A stretch of 64,000 nucleotides of DNA from Veleropilina oligotropha. Taxonomy: Eukaryota. The stretch is from positions 1-64,000 of the forward strand of contig JBEUKZ010000058.1 in the NCBI GenBank assembly GCA_048128005.1. The letters run 5' to 3'. The notes below the pieces were generated by a model. The model was not told where the DNA came from. It was given only the letters and a program-made list of their open reading frames with translations, and searched no databases. The position numbers were made by a program, and so were the translations under genes. Below are positions 12,501 to 23,430 of the stretch, piece by piece. Every line of letters begins with the position of its first letter. Positions within the stretch are counted from its first letter, which is position 1.

Positions 12501-15500
12501 GCCAAGAAGCCGCAATTGAAGAACGATTGAGGATTCTTCATCAACAAGTTATAGCGAAGCCTAATCAGTTCATGCACAGGAGTCCCCAACAAAATGGTAC
12601 GATTATGTTAATATCGATAAATTTATTTGTTCCAGTTCCAGTCGAATTATTTGCGTCTACACACGCAAAATATAATTCGGATTATAATAATGCGAATTCA
12701 AACCTGATTTTGTAATGGAAACAGGCTATATAGGCTGATAGAAGGGCCTCGACCCGATGATTACGCTCTGTACTGAGAGACTCCTTATTTATTGCCGTTT
12801 GTTTGAATTATCATCATAAATATTTGCATACGAACATAACTGTATAAATATGTGCATACATACATCATATGTAACAAAATCATATTCCTCTAACTATATA
12901 GGGAGCTCATGGTGGACAAACCGAATTTCGGGTTTTAAATGTTTAAAAACAACTTGCCAGCTCAATATTTATCAAACTTTCATGAAAAAATTATGGAAAG
13001 TTACTTATTTTTTATCTTCATTCATTGAACCTTACTGCACTGTTCATTCAGGACACTTGACAGATGCAGTTTTATCATCATCACATCGGTCTCCCGTTAC
13101 CAAGATTACTGTTGGCACATCTCCCATTTCTTCTGCTGGGATGGACAAGCATAGATCTCCGGTATCGATAGACAAAAGTTTTAATGACATTGTGCAATCT
13201 CCAAGACTTGACGACGTTGTCACCAACTTATCATATAGAAGTCCAGACAGGTTGGTTTTTATGTAGAAATTAGTATATATTTGAATTTGAAATATATAAT
13301 AACAATACAGGCGTCTACATTGACCAACGTCTACAGGAGCCTTGCTGTGAGTTTTGTTTGGATAAATGCTTTTTATCCCACTTGATCCATATTATTGTTG
13401 GAGTGATACCATGTTGCCCCGGGAAACCTGCACACATTGGTCAGCTATGGACAACTGTGATGGCTCATTTAGCTAAGTGCCCTTCCATTCTGAACAGTCT
13501 TAATAATCATTAGTTTCAGTCAGCACTGAAGCAGTTAAAACCTTGCTTTTAGTCCGCTCATTCGCTTAATGGCAGTATTGCTTAGATTCCCACTCATTGG
13601 CACATCAGAGTTATCCATCACAGTAATGTATAGGGGAGTTATATTCATCACATTTCATGGTTTTCCTCCACGATAATATAAACATATCCCAATATGACAA
13701 TAGATTTTAAAACATGACAATGCATTCAAATAAAGGACTTTCTTCCTGGTCTTTCAGGTCGTCATCCGAGTCTGAGAGAAGTTCCAGACAGGGAAACATT
13801 GGTGGCAGACGTTTCGGAGAAAGTCTGCGATCACCAGAGGAGACATTCACCAGGTATTAATATGGACAAGGTGATATGAAGGTTTATTTCATGGTGAAAT
13901 ATCTGTGAGTCACAGTGATGTGGGGACAGCATCACCGTGATGTGTGACTTATATCTGTGAGTCACAGTGATGTGGGGACAGCATCACCGTGATGTGTGAC
14001 TTATATCTGTGAGTCACAGTGATGTGGGGACAGCATCACCGTGATGTGTGACTTATATCTGTGAGTCACTGATGTGGGGACAGCATCACCGTGATGTGTG
14101 ACTTATATCTGTGAGTCACAGTGATGTGGGGACAGCATCACCGTGATGTGTGACTTATATTATGCAGTATTTGTTTCTATGAAAATCATTTTCAGTAAAC
14201 ATGACATCCTTTCGTTTTTCACAATTTATTGACTTAATTATACCCCCTGTAACGAAGTTAGGGGGGGGTATATTGGAATCACCCTGTCTGTCCGTCCGCA
14301 CTATTCCTCCCAACCTGCTGACAGAATTCATCGACACTTGGCATACATGATCACTACATCATGTAGTTGTTACACGAGACAAATTTTCCCGGTTGGACCT
14401 CTGGCCTTGACGTAGCGACCTCTGGACTTCTGAAAATTGTCTGTTATTAACTTGTCCGGCCTACTCCCACCAACCTGCTGGCAATATTTCATCGACACTG
14501 GGCATACATGATCACTACATCATGTAGTTGTGCAACGGCAGTAAATTTTCCCAGTATGACCTTTGACCTTGACATAGTGACCTCTGGACTTCTAAACATT
14601 TTCTGTTATTAACTTGTCTGGACTACTCCTTCCAACCTGCTGCGAATATTTCATCGATACTTGATCACTACATCATGTAGTTGTGCAACGTTTCCAAATT
14701 TCCCCGGTATGACCTTTGACCTTGACATAGTGACCTCTGCACTTCTAAACGTCTGTTAGTAGTGTTATTAACTTGTCCGGACTACTCCTCCCAACCTGCT
14801 GGGAATATTTCATCGATTCTTGGCATACTTGATCACTACATCATGTAGTTGTGCAACGTTCACAAATTTCCCCGGTATGACCTTTGACCTTGTCGTAGCG
14901 ACCTCTGGACTTCTAAACATTGTCTGTTATTAACTTGTCCGGACTACTCCTCCCAACCTGTTGGGAATATTTCATCGGCACTTGGCATACATGATGACTA
15001 CATCATGTAGTTGTGCAACAGTGGTAAATTTTCCCGGTATGTCCTTTGACCTTGACATAGTGACCTCTGGACTTTTAAACGTCTGTTATTTACTTGTCCG
15101 GACTACTCCTCACAACCTGCTGGGAATATTTCATCGTTACTTGGCATACTTGATAACTACATCATGTATTTGTGCAACGTTCACAAATTTCCCCAGTATG
15201 ACCTTTGACCTTGATATAGTAAACTCTGGAATTCTAAACATTGTCTGTAAATAGTGTTGTTAACTTGTCCGGACTACTCCGAACCTGCTGGGAATATTTC
15301 ATCTATACTTGATCACTATATCATGTAGTCGTGCAACGTTCACAAATTTTCCTGGTATGACCTTTGACCTTGTCGTAGCGACCTCTGGACTTCTAAACAT
15401 TGTCTGTTATTAACTTGTCCGGACTACTCCTCCCAACCTGCTGGGAATATTTCATCGACACTTGGCATACATGATGACTACATCATGTAGTTGTGCAACG

Positions 15501-16298
15501 GTCATAATTTCCCCGGTATGACCATTGACCTTGGACATAATTACCTCTGGACTTCTAAACATTGTCTGTTATTAACTTGTCCATGCTACTCCTCTCAACC
15601 TGCTGGGAATATTTCATCGATACTTGATGTACATGATCACTACATCATGTAGTTGTGCAACGGCTGTAAATTTTCCTGGTATGACCTTTGATCTTGACAT
15701 AGTGACCTCTGGATTTCTAAACGTCTGTTATTAACTTGTCCGGACTACTCCTCCCAACATACTGGGAATATTTCATCGACACTTGGCATACATGATCACT
15801 ACATCATGTAGATGTGCACCTGGAGCGATTTTTCCCAGAAGGACCTTTGACCTTTAAGTTATGACTTTCAGCCAAGTCTTTGTACAGACTACTTTTAAGA
15901 GACTGTTCATGGTTTCTATATAATACACAAGTTTAAATATTTTAACATGTACCCAAGTCTTGAAGAATGTATGAAAGTGAAGGTGCAACAATAAATCAAG
16001 GATGCTGCATTCAACTTGAATTTTGTATCCCATCTCTCAGCTTTCCCTAGTTGATCTACTCCTGATTTAATAGTGGTTATCATGTTCTTTCAGTGAGAGA
16101 CCACGATCTATAACAGAATTAGTGGACGAACTCGAGCATCGTGTAAAGTCTCTGGAGAGCAGTTATCCTGGAAACAAGGACTCGCTCGCTCAGCACATTA
16201 CCCTCGACAGCGATGAGAACTCTCTCAGTAAACGCGTCGAGGAGAACGATGAAGAAAGATTATTAGAAGAATTGTTCTTTACTAACTTTACAGTTTAG
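6590..16298 (+). CDS. KIAA1328: Hinderin / KIAA1328-like coiled-coil protein (multi-exon; first coding exon not found, probably upstream of the window)
   Basis: Phase-compatible GT-AG exons: 6590-6717, 7155-7267, 10341-10456, 11011-11126, 11591-12596, 13052-13250, 13758-13853, 16094-16298 (TAG). The translation contains [28 protein letters not shown]...IVRERE-DIQNQLFQCQHLLTKYQ and C-terminal EERLLEELFF, which match the conserved hinderin blocks. Confidence 0.85.
7552..9074 (+). mobile_element. HINE-like non-autonomous element with internal tandem core repeats (intronic)
   Basis: TTTTATCCCCCGCC start, GTCC/GTAC microsatellite, ~180-bp core repeats, subterminal GGCGGGGGAT and CTTGT end. Confidence 0.65.
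9335..10340. repeat. 38-bp minisatellite grading into ~37-bp copies of the downstream splice acceptor
   Basis: Unit GGGTGGGTCTGGAATAGTTCTCGGTTATTGTCGTTTGT; proximal copies read TCGTTTCAGGGTGGGGCAGAATAATGCTC. Confidence 0.9.
10445..10861. repeat. ~30-bp minisatellite containing the exon end and splice donor
   Basis: Unit approximately GAGAGGGTATCCTTAAATAGGTCGGG. Confidence 0.85.
13899..14160. repeat. 52-bp tandem repeat (5 copies) with internal dyad symmetry
   Basis: Unit ATATCTGTGAGTCACAGTGATGTGGGGACAGCATCACCGTGATGTGTGACTT. Confidence 0.9.
14236..15900 (+). mobile_element. HINE-like element with about ten ~160-bp core repeats
   Basis: TTATACCCCCTGTAACGAAGTTAGGGGGGGGTATA head, TCTG/TCCG microsatellite, cores containing TGACCTTTGACCTTG. 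Confidence 0.7.
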
Positions 16299-16304
16299 AC
16301 ATAT

Positions 16305-18118
16305 TTATTACCTTCGACCACGTAGTGGTGGGAGAAGGTATTGCAATCGGGTCGGTTTGTCTGTCTGTCCACGAGCATATCTCGACAACCGTTGCTCCAA
16401 TCAACTCAGTTTTTTCACACGAGATAGGGCCCACCCTACGCTCGGTCCTCCTCAAAGATGATCCGAATCGGACAGCGGATGTGGCTTTTATTCCGCAATT
16501 TCATAATTTGTAAGACTTAAATATCTTTTCTTCTGTCGCTAATCTTTATCAAAATACAATGTGTTACATATCTGTCGGAATTGACAAGTAAAGGTCATTT
16601 GTACTGACCTCAACCTCGCTCTGTGCTTGATCATGTCACACAGCTTGGTTTTCCACTGCACTTAGTAGGCCTAACTGACTCCAGTCGTATTTAGTTACCC
16701 TCGCCTCTGAAGGAGAAGGCGAGGGTATTAATTGGTTTTGCACGCACTGCTATTTTTATTGTTGTATAGCAAACAGACACTCAATTAATTAACGCACATA
16801 TCCTATGGTTTTTATTTACAGAAATGCCATTTCAAAAGTCCCTTTTCATTATATATTTCAGTTTATATGAACAATAGCAAAATTACCATTAAATTGCCGA
16901 CAACAAAGCTGCTCAATATGCTAATTAACGAAACAAACGAGGGTAACATATATTTTTTATGCAGCTGTAGTCATTGATGTTTACCTATTATTCACAGACA
17001 TATCACCATATTTCTTGCCATCGGGGCAAAGGTTTGCAATCTCTGGATTGTCTTGTTTATTTTGTCTTAACTTATATAATGGTGCCTTATCTGGTCTGTA
17101 TTGAATGAAAAGAATTTGACAGAAACCAAGACTTAAAGTGATATTATCTTTGCAGTTGGATCTATCATGCATATGGCTCTCCTAATATGGTTTGTCAATT
17201 AGTATTTTATATGAAATTATGTCTGTTGAGAAGCGGTCGTTGTCCGCATGTTGTGGAGAGATTTATAGCCTATGTGATGCCGATAAAGCTATAGTGTAAC
17301 GTGACAGGCGGTCGGTCGGGATTGTCTCGCCTAGTATCTCTAATATTGAATGGCTACTCTTATAGCATGCACATTGTCACAAACAGTAACAATGCAATCC
17401 GAGATTGCAAACCTCCCCGGTGACAAATAATGGTGGAAGGTGGAAATCTTTGCGAATAATAGTTGAACATTTTGAGCCTAATTTGAAGTTTGTATGTCGA
17501 AGTGTTTAACGATAGAGCCAAAAACCGCGAACCGGAAATTGTGACATATACTCCGGATCTTCTTTCCGACTCCGATCATCTGTAATGAGGACCGAGCATA
17601 GACTGAACCCTATAGTGTTTAAAAAAAGTATGTACATCGGTTCAATGGTCGTTGAGTTAGAGCCGAAAAAGCTGAAACTGGAAATTGCGTCATAACATAC
17701 GGATCCCCTTTCCAACTCCAATCATATTTAAGGAGGACCGATCCTAGGGTGGACCCTATCGTGTGTCAAAAAAGTGGATAAATCTGTTCAATGGTCATTA
17801 AAATATAGCAGAAAATCGGGAAATTGCGTCATAAAATCCGGATCCGCGTTCCGATATCGATCATCTTTGAAGAGGACCGAGCTTATGGTGGGCCATATAG
17901 AGTATGAAAAAATGATATAAATCGGATCAATGGTTGTTGAGATATGCCCATGGACAGACAAACCGGAAATTGCGTTATAAAATCCGAGCGTATGGTGGAC
18001 AAAAATTAGGTAAATCGGATGGATGGTTGTTGAGATATGGTCACGGAGAGACAGACACACAGATGCACAGACCCGATTGCGATACCATCTTCCACCAATA
18101 CGTGGGCGAAGGTAATAA
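16305..18118. mobile_element. Two related HINE-like copies in opposite orientation (~16305-16735 on +, ~17480-18118 on -)
   Basis: Shared head TTATTACCTTCG.CCACGTA.TGGTGG..AGA.GGTAT.GCAATCGGGTC and TGTC microsatellite, one copy on each strand. Confidence 0.6.
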
Positions 18119-18393
18119 GGCTGCCCAGGAGGAGTGGATAAAGGGGGTCTCACAATTCACTGGCTTGACTGCTCTGTCTCACAGGAGCGGGCTTGAATGC
18201 AGTTAGCAGTCATATTTGTCCATAACTACATGGCCGACCAACGAGAATATGTCCTGGTAATACTCTGAAGGGTTTTAAAATGGACATAGAGCATCGATCC
18301 AAAATTAACATCAATAACTTAAGTAAACATGCCAAATTTTTTATTTCATTGGACTACAACCTTATTGTCACATTTAACATGTGGGGTCTTTTT

Positions 18394-18745
18394 GGAACAT
18401 GTCCCGCATTAGTGTGGGGTTAATCTGTAGAACATGTCCCGCACTAGTGTGGGATGAATCTGTCGAACATGTCCCGCATTAGTGGGGTGAATCTGTAGAA
18501 CATGTCCCGCATTAGTGTGGGATGAATCTGTCGAACATGTCCCGCATTAGTGTGGGATGAATCTGTAGAACATGTCGCGCATTAGTGTGGGATGAATCTG
18601 TAGAACATGCCCCGCATTAGTGTGGGATGAATCTGTCGAACATGTCCCGCATTAGTGTAGGGTGAATCTGTAGAACATGTCCCGCATTAGTTTGGGATGA
18701 ATCTGTCGGACATGTCACGCGTTAGTGTGGGATGAATCTGTCGAA
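18394..18745. repeat. 35-bp minisatellite
   Basis: Unit GAACATGTCCCGCATTAGTGTGGGATGAATCTGTA. Confidence 0.9.
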
Positions 18746-19893
18746 AGTCGTAAAACCCATCCATCTACAGATTGGGCTGTTGTGTCTGATAAGTCCAAGG
18801 TTCGCCGGGAATTGAAGTCTCATTTGCCAGCAGGCGATGACTGAAAGCTACTCTCTGACCATTGCACAAAAGAGGTGATCATATAATATAAGAATAGTGG
18901 AAAATCGCATTTGCATCTTGTAACATATAATAAATATGCAAGTAGTGTGAAATTACAAGACATACTGATGCACAATTATGTTAGAATAATATAATTGTAT
19001 TATGCTAAAAAATTATGGAAATACATCTTTTGCAAAAACATGTCTTGTTGTGGCATATTGCAATGTGCTACAAATACTTGTTATATTAAAATTTCATATT
19101 TCTTTATAAGAAAATAAACAAAAGTTATGAAAAAAATTTCTTTGGGAATTTGTTCATAACAGGATTTGCCTTGATGACAGAGTATGTGTTGATGTATCTC
19201 GATGGTTAAGTATCACGTATCTTGATGGCAAAGTGTTTGTCTATTCAGCTCACCGTATATTGTTTTCATAGCATAAATCGTGTATTGTATTAACTTGTCC
19301 AAGTAGCATATTTAAATGGCGTTCAACTAACACTTTAATGGCGAATTATGGGTAGATGTATCTAATCTTGTTCCCTTCAATTAAATGTACATGACAGTAC
19401 GCACATTACAATTGAGGAAGACAGTAAATTGAAGAAAACGATTGTCCATATATCAAGCTCATGGTATGTATACAAGAATAAATAGGCTGCATCGATAAGT
19501 TTAGCACAGATTAAAAAAGATCTATTTCTTACCAATGAGTGGTGAACAGGTCAACGGATTCATTATATTAACCTGCTAAACAGCGAATGTAATATCATAA
19601 CCATTACCAAAGTCCATTGGAATTGTGCAAAAATACACAAACGTATAACAATGTCTACTGATGCCGGTGATGTTGCAATATACATGTAGGTGCAAAATAA
19701 ATAATGTGCATATTCCGTTAACACTGGGTGTAGCATTTACTATTTCTGGACCATTCGTTTCTCCCATGATGCGGAGTTAGACTCATTGAACCAAAAATAC
19801 CATATACAGGATATGAACAGACTTTGACAGAGAATAATTACTTTTAATTGGAGTCTCACAAAGTAGGCAGAATGATGTTGAAACATCGGGGAA

Positions 19894-20132
19894 CGTCGGT
19901 CGTAGGCGGTGACTGATGGTTCTACAGCGTCGGTCGTAGGCGGTGACTGATGGTTCTACAGCGTCGGTCGTAGGCGGTGACTGATGGTTCTACAGCGTTG
20001 GTCGTAGGCGGTGACTGATGGTTCTACAGCGTCGGTCGTAGGCGGTGACTGATGGTTCTACAGCGTCGGTCGTAGGCGGTGACTGATGGTTCTACAGCGT
20101 CGGTTGTAGGCTGTGACTGATGGTTCTACAGC
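19894..20132. repeat. 34-bp minisatellite
   Basis: Unit GCGTCGGTCGTAGGCGGTGACTGATGGTTCTACA, about 7 copies. Confidence 0.9.
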
Positions 20133-20330
20133 ATCTTCCTAGCTTCTATGTAGTGTCTTCTGATTCATGCCTCTATAATTCCTTCCCTTGTGTGCCTGAT
20201 AAATCCTTAGGGTCTTCCCTTGTCTGGCTGATAATTATAAAGGTCTTTTCTTGTGTGGCTGGTAGGTCTAACTCCATGGTGTCTTCACTTGTCCGACTGA
20301 TAACTTTATAGTGTCTTCCCTTGTATAGAT

Positions 20331-20583
20331 GCGGCCGCTTCGACAGTACAGTGGTATCGATTGTGGACTGAAAATCACTGGCTTGATTCCGCTGACGCGA
20401 ACAGTAGTGGGTTCAAACCGACAGGGGCAGCACACATTTGTTAAATTATGAATCACAGTTGTCCGTAACTGGTCGGAGAGGGCGGGTTTACCCGGGATTT
20501 CCTCCAGCGATAATACGGACATGTCCTGCTTTGAACCAAATGATTTTTGGAAATATACAGGATATTAAGCATCGATTCTTTCC
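20331..20583 (+). mobile_element. tRNA-derived SINE
   Basis: A-box-like CAGTACAGTGG and B-box GGTTCAAACC. Near-identical copy at ~39380-39640, reverse-strand copy at ~50050-50308. Confidence 0.65.
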
Positions 20584-20694
20584 TTTCTCCTTGATAATTC
20601 CATAGCGTCTTCCCTTGTGCAATTGATAACTCTGGGTGCCTTTCCTTGTTTGAAGGAGCATCATTTACAATATAACAAAAAAACAGAGCATCAT

Positions 20695-21363
20695 ATTATC
20701 AGCCACAAGGTAATGAATATAGCGTTATTCAGCCACATGGTCATGAATATAGCGTTATTCAGCCACAAGGTCATGAATATAGCATTATTCAGCCACAAGG
20801 TCATGAATATAGCGTTATTCAGCCACAAGGTCATGAATATAGCGTTATTCAGCCACATGGTCATGAATATAGCGTTATTCAGCCACAAGGTCATGAATAT
20901 AGCGTTATTCAGCCACAAGGTCATGAATATAGCGTTATTCAGCCACATGGTCATGAATATAGCGTTATTCAGCCACAAGGTCATGAATATAGCGTTATTC
21001 AGCCACAAGGTCATGAATATAGCGTTATTCAGCCACAAGGTCATGAATATAGCGTTATTCAGCCACATGGTCATGAATATAGCGTTATTCAGCCACAAGG
21101 TAATGAATATAGCGTTATTCAGCCACAAGGTCATGAATATAGCGTTATTCAGCCACAAGGTCATGAATATAGCGTTATTCAGCCACATGGTCATGAATAT
21201 AGCGTTATTCAGCCACAAGGTCATGAATATAGCGTTATTCAGCCACAAGGTAATGAATATAGCGTTATTCAGCCACATGGTCATGAATATAGCGTTATTC
21301 AGCCACAAGGTCATGAATATAGCGTTATTCAGCCACAAGGTCATGAATATAGCGTTATTCAGC
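20695..21363. repeat. 30-bp minisatellite (~22 copies)
   Basis: Unit AGCCACAAGGTCATGAATATAGCGTTATTC; it creates the spurious ORFs 20617-21372 and 20691-21494. Confidence 0.95.
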
Positions 21364-22698
21364 ACACAATAGAAACTATTGCCTATCGGGAAACAAGCAA
21401 CATAAATTTCCATTAGATGGCCTACTAGGATTGGACATGTGTGAATAGTGTAGATGATAGAGGTACCGATCATGACTTCATATAACTGAAACATTCAATT
21501 TGGCATCGGAAAATCATCATAACGACAAAAACACACAATAAACTTGAACATTATCCAAGAGTCAAGTTTGCTTATTGTGGGTATAATATTCCTATTGATG
21601 TGTAAGCATGACGGGTGACACCAAATAATCAGGGGCGGCCGTCGACGTACCACCCATGATGTCAAAGAAATGTATACAGGTGTCGGTGTCTGTTAGAAAA
21701 TATTCTAAACGTAGAATAACTCGGCGATTATGAACCAGTGAAAGTTGATTCAAACGAAGATCCAACAGCATACACGGCAATAGATGATTTGATTTAAAGG
21801 TTACTTTCCGGTTAACATCTAGGGTCATGTTGATTGTTTATAGTCATACCCTGCCATGTTTTCATTGGAGAAATCACCAAAATATCGATGGAAACCAACC
21901 CGCTGAAAATTATGGATTGCAGTCAGTGATAAATCGGCATGATATCAAACCGACACTTCCGATCCAGGCAAGCTGGGTGAGCGCTATCCTCTTGGACTAC
22001 TCCAAGCAGGCCAACCATGTTGATGAGTATTGCATAAACATGTATCTCTAATCACCTTCAGACTTGTCAAGATATTTTGTTAGCTTTGAACATCTAGTCT
22101 CCGGTCATACTAAGCTTCACGCATAGTTTGCATTTTACTAATATGAAAGAACTTCATATATGACATAGTACTGAAAATTTTAAACCACAGTCGATTAGGC
22201 AAAAGGATAGAGTTAAAGCCTGAGGTGACGTGGCCCCGCAAGTATGACATGCGTTCATCATCAAAACAATTGTGGCTCGGGCATCTAAAAGCTGTTATCT
22301 GTCATTCGAACGAAGACCTTCAACTGACACTTAATTTAAGTTGCTAATCTGTTTCTGAAGGTTGATCACTTGACTGAATGCTATCGTGCGTCATGGCCTC
22401 TTTCAGTGCGTGTGTTGTTTATCTCTTGCAGTTGGTAGATGCAGCCTGAATCCTGTGTCGAAATAATAATTATTTCGGTTGCTCCTTTATCACCTATTGA
22501 CTAATGACTTAAAGTGCACCGGGTCGGGTTTTACAGCAATAGAGTGCCTTACAGCAATTGGACTAATGCCATGTTCATGGTGTTATCAAAAGCAATATTA
22601 TAGATGTGTGTTGCTATTGTTCATCAAATTGAACAAGGAAATCACATACCATTTTAACTAGGTTGTCCTGACTCACAAAAGACTAAATTGTTGGCTTT

Positions 22699-22976
22699 AG
22701 CAGCAGCAGGGGGGGTCAGTAGACTTTTTAGAATGGGAAAATAAAGCTCCCAGCACCTTTTCAGAATTAATATGGATCTCAACTCAGCAGCAGGGAGGGT
22801 GATTGGACTCTAATAGAATGGGAAAATGCGGCTCCCAGCACCTGTTTAGAACTCAGGGTGCTCGGACTAGTCAGCAGGGGAGTTTAGACTAGGCCCCGGG
22901 GCCCACTGTGGAGGCTCCCAGCTATATTTTGGGACTGAGGGTAGGGCTTGTATTACAAAAAGTCACCGTGTGTACA
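22699..22976 (+). repeat. Left terminal inverted repeat
   Basis: AGCAGCAGCAGGGGGGGTCAGTAG...GTGTGTACA; reverse complement of 38104-38381 with 3 mismatches seen. Confidence 0.95.
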
Positions 22977-23100
22977 GAGTGAGTAGCATGTAGTAAGAGC
23001 CCCCAGGGACGGCCCACTACCCTCGCCGGCCCGGGCTCTTGTGTGTTAGTGTCATACTCTATATTAGAGACTGGTATATACGATGGTATACGCGATAACC

Positions 23101-23382
23101 ATGGGGGGAAAGAATGTATGCCCTTGGTTGACAATTAATGCCGTTGGGGTTTGTGGTCGTAGCTGCGTCAACGAATTTTGCAATTCCCATCGACGGCAAA
23201 TTCGGATGGGTAGAACATCACCCCCGCCATGTAAGAGATGTGGGGGGGGCACGAAATCGGCCGTTCTGGTGTGTAGACCATGTGGAGGTCATCGTGCCGC
23301 CCAGGCTCTCGTAAACACTAAAAACCGAGCTCGCCGTCTCTACGGCGCAGTATTGCGCGAGTTGCTGTCGCGCACGACATAA
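23101..23382 (+). CDS. Small Cys/His-rich putative zinc-binding protein of the element
   Basis: ATG in ACCATGG context (alternative ATG at 23083). Motifs C-x10-C-x3-C-x4-C-x2-H plus CxxC...CxxC, basic C-terminus. Confidence 0.65.
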   Translation: MGGKNVCPWLTINAVGVCGRSCVNEFCNSHRRQIRMGRTSPPPCKRCGGGTKSAVLVCRPCGGHRAAQALVNTKNRARRLYGAVLRELLSRTT

Positions 23383-23430
23383 AAAGTTCCAATTAGAGCT
23401 TTGTGTTGTAGTGTCATATCGCAATACGTC

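Noticed and set aside
11543..12715. Standalone 390-aa secreted protein
   Set aside because: It is the large internal hinderin exon (11591-12596); the hydrophobic N-terminus is translated intron polypyrimidine tract.
20331..20420. Functional tRNA gene
   Set aside because: A/B-box-like motifs are present, but there is no convincing cloverleaf and the sequence continues into a shared repeat body found in several copies (SINE).
20617..21494. 251-aa and 267-aa repetitive ORFs
   Set aside because: Products of a stop-free 30-bp minisatellite open on both strands.
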